Assembly (NCBI GenBank): GCA_963848965.1
Contig: CAWKFG010000004.1
Span: 320,001-384,000, forward strand
Length of the DNA: 64,000 nucleotides
Origin: an uncultured bacterium
GTDB taxonomy: Bacteria > Babelota > Babeliae > Babelales > Babelaceae
Direction: 5' to 3'
Position numbers and translations under genes: made by a program. Under the pieces are notes generated by a model. That model saw only the letters and a program-made list of their open reading frames with translations, had not been told where the DNA came from and did not search any database. Of this stretch, positions 1-10,138 are shown piece after piece (position 1 is the first letter of the stretch; the number at the start of each line of letters is the position of its first letter).

Positions 1-499
1 GCTACAAATTTTGCTTGTTAATCTCCTTTCTGATTTCCCTATGATTTCTATAGCAACTGATACAGTAGAGCCCAAAGAAGTAAAAAAGCCTACTGCTTTT
101 AATCTTAAAACACTTACTTTTATGATGATTGTGTTAGGACTTATAAGCTCTATCTTTGATTTTATTATATTTGGTCTTTTTTACCGACAAGGAGCACTTG
201 TTTTACAAACGAATTGGTTTATTGCAAGTATCCTCACAGAACTTGTTCTTATTTTTTCTATCCGCACAAAACAACCTTTTTATAAAGCTACGGCACCTTC
301 ACGCACGCTCATGCTTTCTTCAGTCATAGCTTTTATTCTTACACTTATTATTCCTCTTACAAGCTGGGGGCAACAAGTTTTTCACCTTCATGCTCCAACA
401 AAAACGGAGTACTTTATTATTATATCTATAGTGTGCTCTTACTTTATAATCACTGAGTTAGCAAAGCTTTTCTATTATCGCTTGAAAAATCATAGTTGA
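1..499 (+). CDS. mgtA: P-type ATPase (Mg2+-transporting MgtA-like), C-terminal part; 5' truncated by the window
   Basis: QILLVNLLSDFP-I--D, SSIFDF and QTNWF..S.LTE..LIFSIRT match the MgtA C-terminal membrane domain; the frame is open to the window edge. Confidence 0.8.
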   Translation, partial: LQILLVNLLSDFPMISIATDTVEPKEVKKPTAFNLKTLTFMMIVLGLISSIFDFIIFGLFYRQGALVLQTNWFIASILTELVLIFSIRTKQPFYKATAPSRTLMLSSVIAFILTLIIPLTSWGQQVFHLHAPTKTEYFIIISIVCSYFIITELAKLFYYRLKNHS

Positions 500-593
500 G
501 CACAGCTAGAACGACATAAACGCACTACTTCTGCATAGCACTTGCTATAAGCACAAGGAATATGGTACCATCTGGTACAAAAAGGGAGAAAAT

Positions 594-1037
594 ATGGTAC
601 AAGAATTTGAAATTGTTCCTCATACTGCAGATCTTAAAATACGAGCTTATGGAACTACACTCCAAGAACTTTTTCGTAATGCTCTCAAGGGTATGTTTAG
701 TAGTATCAAACCACAAGGACCTCGTATTACCTACAAAGGAGAGCTGCCTGAAGTCCGTCACTTTACAGCTGAACATGAAGTTGTTGTACATTCTGCAAAT
801 AGAGAATTATTGCTTATTGATTTTCTTTCTGAATGCCTTTATCTTTCAGATATACACAATGAAGCGTATTTTGATACACGCTTTAAAACATTTAATGACA
901 CAGAGCTTGCAAGCACTATTTATGGAGTAGAGATAACAGGCTTTGAAGAAGTAGAAATCAAAGCAGTCACCTATCACGACCTTGAAATGCAAGAGATAGA
1001 GGGTGTCTGGCAAGTAACTATTGTATTTGATATATGA
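594..1037 (+). CDS. Archease
   Basis: HTADL.I.AYG.T..ELF.NA start and EIKAVTYH...VFDI end; lies directly upstream of rtcB. Confidence 0.95.
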   Translation: MVQEFEIVPHTADLKIRAYGTTLQELFRNALKGMFSSIKPQGPRITYKGELPEVRHFTAEHEVVVHSANRELLLIDFLSECLYLSDIHNEAYFDTRFKTFNDTELASTIYGVEITGFEEVEIKAVTYHDLEMQEIEGVWQVTIVFDI

Positions 1038-1050
1038 AGAAAGATATACT

Positions 1051-2505
1051 ATGTATTCGCTACCAACTATTCATGACTTAATTAAAGTTCACAATGCACT
1101 ATTTGAGATACCGCGTACCTACAGACAAGACATGCGAGTTCCTGCACGCGTTTTTCTGAGCGAAACTATGCTCCAAGATGTTTTAGAAGACTCTTCATTG
1201 CTACAAATTGTTAATGTAGCTACTTTGCCAGGTATTCAAAAATATGCGCTTGCAATGCCCGACATTCACCAAGGGTATGGTTTTCCTATCGGCGGTGTTG
1301 CTGCACTATCTGTAGAAAAGGGAGTTATCTCACCAGGTGGCATTGGTTATGATATTAATTGTGGAGTACGATTACTTGCAGCAAGTATATCAGCACAAGA
1401 GATAAAAAAGTATCTCGATAAGTTAGCAACTGAGCTGTTTTATGCAGTACCTTCTGGAGTCGGTCGTGGTGGCAGACTTAAAATTAAAGGAAATGAGCTT
1501 GATAAAGTGCTCAGAGATGGTGCTTATCATATGCTCGGTGCAGGATATGGATTGCCAGGGGACCTTGAACATTGTGAAGAAAGTGGTCGCATGCGCGAAG
1601 CAGATCCAGCTATGGTAAGCGATAAAGCTAAAAATAGAGGGCACGATCAACTAGGCACTTTAGGATCCGGAAATCACTTTCTTGAAGTACAAGAAGTTAA
1701 AGAGATTTATAATAAAGACGTTGCTCGTGTCTTTGGTCTTGAAGAAGGAATGGTCACTGTCATGATTCACTGCGGCTCTCGAGGGTTAGGGCACCAAACG
1801 TGTACTGATTATGTACGAGAAATGGTTCCTCAGCTTGATAGATGGAATATAGTATTACCAGATAAAGAGCTTGCATGTGCTCCTTTCACTTCAAAAGAAG
1901 GACAAAACTATTATAAAGCAATGTGTGCATCTGCTAACTTTGCTTGGGCAAATAGACATGTTATTGGCCATTGGACCCGTGAGACATTCAAGAAAGTTCT
2001 TGGATCAACTGTTAACCTCAGGACTGTGTATGATGTGTCACACAATATTGGCAAAAAAGAAAAGCATCTCATAGAAGGAAAACTTACTGAAGTTATTGTA
2101 CACAGAAAAGGCGCAACCAGAGCCTTTGGTCCCCATAGACCTGAAGTACCCTCAGAATATCAAGCTACAGGACACCCTGTATTAATCCCTGGCACTATGG
2201 GCACTTCATCATATGTGCTTGTAGGAACAGAAAAGGGTATGGAGCACGCATTCGGATCGTGCTGTCATGGTGCAGGTAGAAAGATGTCACGTATGAAAGC
2301 AAAGAAATCAGTGCGTGGCAGTACTCTACGCCAAGAATTAGAAGCACGAGGTATACTTATCCGTTGCGAATCAGATCCTGGCCTAGCAGAAGAAGCTCCT
2401 CTTGCTTACAAAGATGTTGATGATGTAGTACAAGTAGTGGAGCATGCTCATCTTGCTCAAAGAGTAGCTCGGCTTATTCCTCTTGCTGTTATTAAAGGTG
2501 GATGA
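1051..2505 (+). CDS. rtcB: RNA ligase RtcB
   Basis: Motifs PDIHQGYGFPIGG, GYDINCGVR, GSGNHF, HRKGAT and HGAGR are intact; ATG 1051 preferred over TTG 1021. Confidence 0.97.
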   Translation: MYSLPTIHDLIKVHNALFEIPRTYRQDMRVPARVFLSETMLQDVLEDSSLLQIVNVATLPGIQKYALAMPDIHQGYGFPIGGVAALSVEKGVISPGGIGYDINCGVRLLAASISAQEIKKYLDKLATELFYAVPSGVGRGGRLKIKGNELDKVLRDGAYHMLGAGYGLPGDLEHCEESGRMREADPAMVSDKAKNRGHDQLGTLGSGNHFLEVQEVKEIYNKDVARVFGLEEGMVTVMIHCGSRGLGHQTCTDYVREMVPQLDRWNIVLPDKELACAPFTSKEGQNYYKAMCASANFAWANRHVIGHWTRETFKKVLGSTVNLRTVYDVSHNIGKKEKHLIEGKLTEVIVHRKGATRAFGPHRPEVPSEYQATGHPVLIPGTMGTSSYVLVGTEKGMEHAFGSCCHGAGRKMSRMKAKKSVRGSTLRQELEARGILIRCESDPGLAEEAPLAYKDVDDVVQVVEHAHLAQRVARLIPLAVIKGG

Positions 2506-3071
2506 GCTGCAGGAACTGCTTCTTTTGCATTGTTCATAAGTGCTTTTATTGCAAGAGCATTTATATACCGCTCATTAAGACTACAAAGCTGCTGAATACT
2601 TGATTGTATAAGCATACTACCATAAGCAAAACTTACTCCTGCAAGTGCTATTATAAGTGTATTATACCTATGTGGCTGCGGTACTTCTACGGTACTATCA
2701 CCAGCAAAAAAAGCCCATATATTTGCAGATAAAGGATCATCAAAAAATGAATACTCTGCAAGATTCATCCCCTTATATAACCATTGCATAGAAGAAAATA
2801 CTTGTATACCTAAATAAAGTAGCGTTAGGCCACAGGCCCCTTCTAAGAGCGGTCCTTTTCTTGCATACCACGGTTTATTACGTTCTACTTCAATAATACG
2901 GTCAATAATATTAATAAGTTCTCTTTTTTTATCCCGTTTGAGTGAACACAATATTTTAAATTCACTTTCAACTTGTTCTCTATTAACCTCTTGTATTGCT
3001 CGTGTAAGAGAATCAAAGGCACAAAGAGGCCACGAACTCATATATAAAAAGAGCATTATAAACCATTTCAC
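2457..3071 (-). CDS. Hypothetical exported/membrane protein, paralog of 3068..3637
   Basis: Signal peptide plus two hydrophobic segments; shares AFF.G and RY..ALA.K.L with its neighbour. Confidence 0.75.
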   Translation of the reverse strand: MKWFIMLFLYMSSWPLCAFDSLTRAIQEVNREQVESEFKILCSLKRDKKRELINIIDRIIEVERNKPWYARKGPLLEGACGLTLLYLGIQVFSSMQWLYKGMNLAEYSFFDDPLSANIWAFFAGDSTVEVPQPHRYNTLIIALAGVSFAYGSMLIQSSIQQLCSLNERYINALAIKALMNNAKEAVPAAHPPLITARGISRATL

Positions 3072-3637
3072 GATTCATCCTCACTAAGATCTATACATTT
3101 TGCTTCTGGGCATTCTTGGATAAGTGTCTTCATTGCAAGTGCTTTAGTATAGCGAGGGCTATCTTGCCAGAGTTTGAACATGCCTTGTACAAAATGAGCA
3201 AGACCATATCCGGCAAGCATCCCCGAAGCTGCAACAAGCGTAGTATTTACAGATACTTGTGTTTGCGGACTATCTTCTATTACTGCTTGTCCTTCAAAAA
3301 ATGCATCAATATTCTTATACCACGGATGTGCTTTAGTAAAAGGAATAGTTGAAAAATAGTAGCATGAAGCACATAAGAGAGGAATACTTATAACAATACG
3401 AGCAATACCATCATACTTGCGGTGCCATATATTATTTTCTGCTTCCTGCATAATAATATCATCAGCTACTTTTAAAAACTCTTTCTTTATATTCTTCATT
3501 AAAGAACTTTGTTTGATGAGTTCAGCTTCAAGCTTTACAAGATCAAAAGCACCCATAGCTTGTAATATAGCCTTATTATCACTCTTTATAAAAGGCACAT
3601 ACCATACTATAAGGCCCATAAGCACAACTTTATACAT
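3068..3637 (-). CDS. Hypothetical exported/membrane protein, paralog of 2457..3071
   Basis: Same architecture as the neighbour; 4-bp overlap with it. Confidence 0.75.
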   Translation of the reverse strand: MYKVVLMGLIVWYVPFIKSDNKAILQAMGAFDLVKLEAELIKQSSLMKNIKKEFLKVADDIIMQEAENNIWHRKYDGIARIVISIPLLCASCYYFSTIPFTKAHPWYKNIDAFFEGQAVIEDSPQTQVSVNTTLVAASGMLAGYGLAHFVQGMFKLWQDSPRYTKALAMKTLIQECPEAKCIDLSEDES

Positions 3638-3800
3638 TACCTTCCTCTGGCTTTTCTAGTTCTGTGCTCTCCAGTGTATTGTGTTTACCCCTCTTTTGTA
3701 AATAAAAATATGATTACCATACTATTTTGTTTCATTGAAGTACTTGCTCATTATGGTATTCTTGAGGAAAATCTTTTTCATTTTGAGCATCATAAAAACC

Positions 3801-4334
3801 ATGAGACTATTTGTTAGCATTCAACTGCCAGAGCCTGTTATAGAACAAATCATTCGTATTGAAAAAGTTCTTCTATCCCAAGATCTTTTTATTGGCACTC
3901 GAGTAAAGCCAGAGCAATTGCATAGTACCTTACTGTTTCTTGGCAATAAAGATGAGCAGGAATTGTCAGAAATCATACAAAAGCTTGCAACTATTAAGTA
4001 TAGTCAATTTATAGCATCTCTTGGTACTTTAGAAGTAAATTCATGGAGACATCCTCATGTTCTGTGGCTTACCCTCTGCTCACCACTCCTACACGAGCTA
4101 ACACACTTGATTCATACCTGCTTGGGTTATCAAGAAGAACGGGCCTTCAAACCGCACATAACACTCTTTCGCCTTAAAAAAATACTTGCTACACAGAAGC
4201 TACAAGAAATAATACACACTATAACTATTGAGCAAAACACGTGGATCGTAACAGAATTTACGCTACAACAATCAGAATTGCATACCAAAGGCACACGCTA
4301 TACAGTCCTTGAATCGTTTAAACTTACCATCTAA
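3801..4334 (+). CDS. thpR: RNA 2',3'-cyclic phosphodiesterase (2H family, ThpR/LigT)
   Basis: MRLFVSI start; two HxT motifs (LHSTLLFLG, FKPHITLFR); S.L...G.RY near the end. Confidence 0.92.
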   Translation: MRLFVSIQLPEPVIEQIIRIEKVLLSQDLFIGTRVKPEQLHSTLLFLGNKDEQELSEIIQKLATIKYSQFIASLGTLEVNSWRHPHVLWLTLCSPLLHELTHLIHTCLGYQEERAFKPHITLFRLKKILATQKLQEIIHTITIEQNTWIVTEFTLQQSELHTKGTRYTVLESFKLTI

Positions 4335-4356
4335 GGTACTATCTAAAGATCTCTTA

Positions 4357-5085
4357 TTATATAAGAAGAGCTGTATAACGTAAGAAAAGGTTTCTTATAA
4401 ATATCTTTGAACTTCCTGGCATAGGAGGATAGGCGCGGGCATTATCTAAAAGTTCTATAACAGAGGAAGCAAAACCAGCTTTATCTTTATCTTGTTTCTT
4501 AATACTTTCTTTTAAAGCAGTTGTCCAATAGTTATAGACTTGATCAAGAAAATCGAGCATGTCCCATTCACCTACTTTTATTCGTTCAAGCTCTTTACTA
4601 AACTCAGCAAGTTGTATCTGCGTACTTGTAAAGAATGGAAGTAATGAGTATGTATCAGTACCCAAAGATGAATCAAAAGCCTTCAAGATACAACGAGAGC
4701 TAATAGTAGGTAAAATGCCTTCTCTACGTTCTGCAAGTAGTATAAAATGGTATCCTCGAGGAGGCTCCTCAAGAGACTTTAGCATGCTATTAGCACATGC
4801 AGGTGTTAACAGCTCTGCCTGATTAAGCACAAAAAAGAGATGTTCATTTTCATTTAAAGCAAAAGCGAGTGTTTTAAAGATCATATCAAGCGTTGCAAGT
4901 GTATAACCAGTCTCTGGAGTTATCCACCGAACTAAATAGTGTTGCTCATCTTCAACTCCTCTACAGGTAAAACAGCTATTACAGGTATTTTGAGAGCATA
5001 AAATACCTTTTATAAATTCTTTACATGCTTTTTTTATCTTGTGTGATGGCCCTACGTATAAATAAGCAGGATGAAGCTGTATCAT
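4357..5085 (-). CDS. holB: DNA polymerase III delta' subunit (short)
   Basis: C..C..C cluster, ANSMLKSLEEPP, ILPTISSRC; follows tmk. Confidence 0.85.
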   Translation of the reverse strand: MIQLHPAYLYVGPSHKIKKACKEFIKGILCSQNTCNSCFTCRGVEDEQHYLVRWITPETGYTLATLDMIFKTLAFALNENEHLFFVLNQAELLTPACANSMLKSLEEPPRGYHFILLAERREGILPTISSRCILKAFDSSLGTDTYSLLPFFTSTQIQLAEFSKELERIKVGEWDMLDFLDQVYNYWTTALKESIKKQDKDKAGFASSVIELLDNARAYPPMPGSSKIFIRNLFLRYTALLI

Positions 5086-5723
5086 AAAGAACCTTTACGA
5101 GCTTTTAAAGCAGAAAGTACATGTGAAATCGCTTCTCGTATTACACTTTCTAAGGGCTGCGTACCATCTATAGTTATAACATTTGTTCTTTCCTTAAAGA
5201 TTGTCTCAAAGCCATGTATAATACGCTCAAAAAAAGTAGCTTTTTCTTTTTCAAAAGAGGTCATCACTTCATTCCGTTTTTGTAACCGTTCTTGAGCAGT
5301 AGGATAATCAACTTTAATGTACAGAGTAAGATCAGGAACTCTACTTTTCATTGTCCATGCATTTACCTGAGCAATAAACTGTTCATCAAGCCCTCTGCCA
5401 AATCCCTGGTACGCACGTGAAGAATCTGCCATGCGATCAGAAATAACAATCATTCCTCGCGATAATGCAGGCTCTACTACCTCACACATATGCTGCGCTC
5501 TGTCTGCAGCGAAAAGCAAAAATTCTGCTTCTGAACAAACTGCAAATGGCCGTTCATGAAGCAACGCTCTCAACTGTTTTCCGAGCGCTGTTGCTCCGGG
5601 CTCTTTAGTAAGCAGCACGGGATACTGACACTTTGAAAGCTCTTCAAAAAGCGCTCGTGCTACTGAACTCTTGCCAGAACCATCGATACCCTCTATGGTA
5701 AGTAAGAAGCCGGTGTTACCCAT
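5082..5723 (-). CDS. tmk: Thymidylate kinase
   Basis: IEGIDGSGKS, EPG, LFAADRAQH, DR..DSS.AYQG. Confidence 0.97.
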   Translation of the reverse strand: MGNTGFLLTIEGIDGSGKSSVARALFEELSKCQYPVLLTKEPGATALGKQLRALLHERPFAVCSEAEFLLFAADRAQHMCEVVEPALSRGMIVISDRMADSSRAYQGFGRGLDEQFIAQVNAWTMKSRVPDLTLYIKVDYPTAQERLQKRNEVMTSFEKEKATFFERIIHGFETIFKERTNVITIDGTQPLESVIREAISHVLSALKARKGSL

Positions 5724-5949
5724 ATATCTCCGTTAGTATGAAAGAAAATTATATAGTATAATTATACTAAGTTTTATAGTATTGAGTAAGCTACAGAGTA
5801 GTAAGATATAAGCCGTAAGTATTGTATGCTTATTCATGTAGGTTACCGTTATAATTGTTTAACAAGCGCTCTCTTTTTGTCGGCTATAGATGTAGACAAA
5901 GACTAATGTGCCTGTAAAGGCATAGTTTTCGCGCTTCTTGGAGTTAAAA

Positions 5950-6135
5950 ATGAAAAAAGTAGTTATCGATCCAGGATGTATCACGTGTGGAGCATGTGAA
6001 TTTATTGCTCCTGAAGTGTTTGAAGTTACTGATCTATCGCATGTAAAAAAAGATGCAGATCTTAAAAAGTACTGCCAAAAAATAAAAGATGCTGCTTGTG
6101 CATGCCCCGTAAATGTTATAAAATACGAAGAATGA
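5950..6135 (+). CDS. Ferredoxin (single Fe-S cluster)
   Basis: CITCGAC...APEVF ... CPVNVI. Confidence 0.9.
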   Translation: MKKVVIDPGCITCGACEFIAPEVFEVTDLSHVKKDADLKKYCQKIKDAACACPVNVIKYEE

Positions 6136-6151
6136 TATACAGGAGAGTAGA

Positions 6152-7696
6152 ATGACTGAAAAACAGCGCTTTGATCAGCTCTATCAATCACTTACTATCA
6201 ATGGAGAGCTCATAGATGTTAACGCTCTTTTACAGCATGCTGCTCAAAAATGGCCAACAAATACTATTCTTATCTGCAATGATGAGAGTATAACTTATGG
6301 AGAGCTCTATAAGCGCTCACTAAAGATGGCCAATCAGCTTACTTCTTTAGGAGTGAAACCTGGCGATAGGGTTATTATTTACTATGAAAATTCTATAGAA
6401 TTTTATATAGCCTATTTTGGTGTCTGGCACGCAGGTGCTATTGTTGCTCCACTTAATGTTTTTTTACAAGAGGCAGAACTGTTACACATTATAGATGATG
6501 CACAACCTGCTGTTATCATTATATCTCCCACGTTACTAGAGAAACTTAAGTCCCGTCCTTTAGACACATTTCCTCCTCTTATAAGCGATATTGAAAAAAC
6601 AGGGCCCTTACCTGATGAATTTCCTAAAATTGTATTACCAAAGCGTGATCAAAACGATGTTGCTGCTCTTCTCTATACTTCAGGAACTACCGGCTTTCCC
6701 AAAGGAGTTATGCTCAGCTCACGTAATATTATTATTAATACCATTCAGGGTATTGCTCGGTTTGATGTAGGTCCTCAAGATAAAGTTTTTTGTCCTCTTC
6801 CGCTCTTCCATAGTCTTCCTCAAAATACGTGTGTATGGGCAAACACGGTTGTTGGTTCAACAGCCATTATCATTCCTAAAATAGATAGGACAAATCTTTT
6901 ACGGGGTATTGCACATAAACCTACCATGATTGTAGCAGTTCCCGCTCTTTTTGGTCTTTTTGCTCTTATGAAAACAATAGATTTTGGTCGTGTACGTTAT
7001 TTTATCTCAGGTGGTGATGCACTATCCGATAAAATACGCTCTTTTTTCTCATTGCTCTATCGTAGAAAGCTTGGTAATGGATATGGTCTTACAGAAACAT
7101 CGCCATTTATTTGCGTTGATGTAGATGATTATACACAACCTACCAGTACCGTCGGCAAACCATTTATTGGCATTAGCTGCTCACTACGTGATGAACAAGG
7201 CAATGAGATTCCTTCTGGAGACATAGGTACACTGTGGGTAAAAGGGGACAACATTATGCTTGGCTATTATAATGCACCAGAAGCTACAGCAAAAGTACTC
7301 AAAGATGGATGGCTCAATACGGGCGATCTAGCATACATTGATAAAAACGGCAAAATTGTCCTTGCAGGCCGAGAACGAGATCTCATTAGCAATAAGGGAG
7401 TTAAAATATATCCTCAAGAAATAGAGAATCTTCTTCTGAGCCATTCAAGCGTATTACAAGCAGGCGTAGTAGGCTTTAAAGAGAATGATGAAGAGCTGCC
7501 AATAGCATTTGTAGGAAGTAAAGAAGAGAATCAGGAAGCACTCATTAAAGAACTTGAAGCACTGTGTAAGCGCAATTTAGCATTTTATAAAGTTCCTCGA
7601 AGATTCATTATCAAACGCGAACTACCAGTAACTGCAACAGGCAAAGTAGATAAAAAGGTGCTTAAAAAAGAGCTAGAAGGTAGCTCAGGTTCATAA
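6152..7696 (+). CDS. Long-chain fatty acid-CoA ligase (AMP-binding)
   Basis: YTSGTTGFPKG, GYGLTE, GWLNTGD, GKVDKK. Confidence 0.92.
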   Translation: MTEKQRFDQLYQSLTINGELIDVNALLQHAAQKWPTNTILICNDESITYGELYKRSLKMANQLTSLGVKPGDRVIIYYENSIEFYIAYFGVWHAGAIVAPLNVFLQEAELLHIIDDAQPAVIIISPTLLEKLKSRPLDTFPPLISDIEKTGPLPDEFPKIVLPKRDQNDVAALLYTSGTTGFPKGVMLSSRNIIINTIQGIARFDVGPQDKVFCPLPLFHSLPQNTCVWANTVVGSTAIIIPKIDRTNLLRGIAHKPTMIVAVPALFGLFALMKTIDFGRVRYFISGGDALSDKIRSFFSLLYRRKLGNGYGLTETSPFICVDVDDYTQPTSTVGKPFIGISCSLRDEQGNEIPSGDIGTLWVKGDNIMLGYYNAPEATAKVLKDGWLNTGDLAYIDKNGKIVLAGRERDLISNKGVKIYPQEIENLLLSHSSVLQAGVVGFKENDEELPIAFVGSKEENQEALIKELEALCKRNLAFYKVPRRFIIKRELPVTATGKVDKKVLKKELEGSSGS

Positions 7697-7700
7697 TACC

Positions 7701-8441
7701 ATGAAAAAAATGCTTCTTGCTGTTATTCTCTTAGGTTGTACACTATGGTACTTTTATAAAAGCAATAAGTCAGAATTCTCTTTGTCTCAGCAACTGTCTC
7801 CTGATACAACGGTATTTGCTTTTGATCTTCATAATGTAGTACTTATTCCTGATTATCATGCTATTATAAAGCTTTTATGGAATGACTTTTTTAGATGTGC
7901 GCCCTTTTCTCTGCTTATCAAGCCATCGCTTTGGTACGATCTATACAAATTATTAAGAAGTTCAGTATCTACTGAGTATATCTTTGCATACTTGCGTAAC
8001 AATGGATATCCTGAAGTTATTCCTTTTGAGAATCTCATTGCCCATATGATGGAAGCACAGCATCTTAATACAGAGCTTATTCCCATCTTGCAAAAACTTA
8101 AACAAGAAGGATATAAACTCTCTATTCTCTCTAATATCTGGGCTCAATCACTTGAACATCTTTATAAAAAATTTCCTCTACTAAAAGAGCTTTTTGATGG
8201 CGTTTATATTCCTTCAAAAGATAATAATTTTGCAGCCAAGCCCTCATTTTTATTTTATAAGGGCTTTAAAGACTATCTAAACAAACAAGGACAAGCACAT
8301 AAACAAGTTATTTTTATAGATAACGGTGAAGATAACATAGAAGAAGCAAAGAAAGCTCAGATTTATGGCTATGAATTTACGTCTGTTAACAACTTTATAC
8401 AGTTTCTGAATAAGCACCTCTCCTTATCGCCTAAAGCATAA
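7701..8441 (+). CDS. HAD-like hydrolase with N-terminal membrane anchor
   Basis: FAFDLHNV (motif I variant), LSN, KP, IFIDN. Confidence 0.75.
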   Translation: MKKMLLAVILLGCTLWYFYKSNKSEFSLSQQLSPDTTVFAFDLHNVVLIPDYHAIIKLLWNDFFRCAPFSLLIKPSLWYDLYKLLRSSVSTEYIFAYLRNNGYPEVIPFENLIAHMMEAQHLNTELIPILQKLKQEGYKLSILSNIWAQSLEHLYKKFPLLKELFDGVYIPSKDNNFAAKPSFLFYKGFKDYLNKQGQAHKQVIFIDNGEDNIEEAKKAQIYGYEFTSVNNFIQFLNKHLSLSPKA

Positions 8442-8545
8442 GTATTTTCTGTACCTCTCAGGGGTAACACCTGTTGCTTTACCATAATAATTACTGTACC
8501 ATTACTAGAAATGTAAAAACTATAAGCAATAAAAAGTGTATAATT

Positions 8546-9328
8546 ATGAAACATATAAGAAAATTATTCCAAATAGCACTGTTTACATGTATAGTCTCTT
8601 CGATATCTGCTGCGTCTTTTACTGATCGCTTTATTTCTCTTACAGCAGGAACAGCACTAGCGCTAGTTGCACATAATATTCTTGAATACATAAGCACAGC
8701 AACTCATGAGCTTGGACATTCAGTGACGAATAAGCTTATTACAGGCGATCCTATTCGTTTTACTGTTACACCGCAGTCTGGGCCCGTTAAACTACTACAG
8801 CCCTGGGTAGGAGCATCATACTATAGTCAGCATTCTCGCTCCAGACTTGCAGATATGCTTATAACTGGAGCAGGACCACTTGCTGGCATTGCATCAACAC
8901 AGGTACAGTTATATCTTCTTAGTCTTTTAGAAAAACAGTATATACCCACTACTCAGCCAGCAACAAGCTGGCAACAACCTCTGCCTTTTATGAAAGAGCT
9001 TTATCACTTAGGAGAAAGACAAGCATCCGGTATGTCAGAGCCAATGAGTATTGCGCAAACTACTCTTACTATGCTTAAATTTTTACGCTGTTCTCGTCTT
9101 GTAGGAGAAACACTCTATGGCTTTACTCCCATTACACAGCATAATGTTATCGGTGATGGGCAGGTCTTATGGCATAAACTTCTTAATAGAAAAAGTTCTG
9201 CTTATCCTCTTGTAAGCAATCGACTTCTTTCAATTACTAGTGCTGCAATGATTGCACCTCTTGCAATAGGGATAGGAAAAGCGCTTATCCAAAAACAGAA
9301 AAGTGCTTCCTCTGACAATGTGCATTAA
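8546..9328 (+). CDS. Putative M50-like membrane metallopeptidase
   Basis: HELGH zinc motif, AGPLAG and GDG motifs, hydrophobic segments. Confidence 0.6.
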   Translation: MKHIRKLFQIALFTCIVSSISAASFTDRFISLTAGTALALVAHNILEYISTATHELGHSVTNKLITGDPIRFTVTPQSGPVKLLQPWVGASYYSQHSRSRLADMLITGAGPLAGIASTQVQLYLLSLLEKQYIPTTQPATSWQQPLPFMKELYHLGERQASGMSEPMSIAQTTLTMLKFLRCSRLVGETLYGFTPITQHNVIGDGQVLWHKLLNRKSSAYPLVSNRLLSITSAAMIAPLAIGIGKALIQKQKSASSDNVH

Positions 9329-9974
9329 GGTGCTCAAATGCCACCTTTATATCATCGGTAATAGAAAAAAGAGCTGCATCCTCTTTACTAATAAGTTCAT
9401 GTTTTAGTGCAGAATGCTTTATCCAATCCATAAAGGGCCTCCAGTACTCTACTCCAATAAGCACAATGGGCGCTTTTGGCCTCATATTTGTTTGAATAAG
9501 CGTAAGGAGTTCCATCAATTCATCAAGCGTTCCAAAGCCTCCGGGGAATACTGCAAAGCCTATAGAATATTTTACCAAGAGCCACTTACGTGCAAAAAAG
9601 TAGTCCATTTGAATAGTATCTTTTACACATTTATTAAAAGGTAAAGGGTCATTGAGCCCTTTAACTCCTATACCAATAGTCGTCACTATCTGCCCTTTAC
9701 GCATAGCTGCTCCACAACTTGCTGCTTCCATAATCCCCGGTCCGCCACCTGTAAGCACAGGTATATCATATGAAGCAAGCATTCTAGCTAGCTCTTGCGC
9801 TTTTTTCATATAAATGCTATCAGATTGTAGTCGCGTTCCACCAAAGATAGTAACAGGAGCTTTTTTTAATTTTGATAATTTCCAAATTCCATAAAGAAGT
9901 TGGAAAAATACACGCGCTAAGTGCGCAATTAACGTAGCATACGCTTTTATAGTTTGCCACACAGTTGTTGCCAT
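9285..9974 (-). CDS. LOG family protein (TIGR00730-like)
   Basis: TGGGPGIMEA, YFFARK, PGGFGTLDEL. Confidence 0.93.
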   Translation of the reverse strand: MATTVWQTIKAYATLIAHLARVFFQLLYGIWKLSKLKKAPVTIFGGTRLQSDSIYMKKAQELARMLASYDIPVLTGGGPGIMEAASCGAAMRKGQIVTTIGIGVKGLNDPLPFNKCVKDTIQMDYFFARKWLLVKYSIGFAVFPGGFGTLDELMELLTLIQTNMRPKAPIVLIGVEYWRPFMDWIKHSALKHELISKEDAALFSITDDIKVAFEHLNAHCQRKHFSVFG

Positions 9975-10138
9975 ACTATATCCTCCTTTGTAGAAAGGAT
10001 AGCGTATATAACTTCTAGATAACAAGAATACTCTTTACAACAAGGCTAAGATTATACAATGGAATTTTTTAAACAGATCTCTTCACAAATTAAAATTTAT
10101 AATTGTATAATAATAAGTAATAAAAGGGGGAGAAAGTC

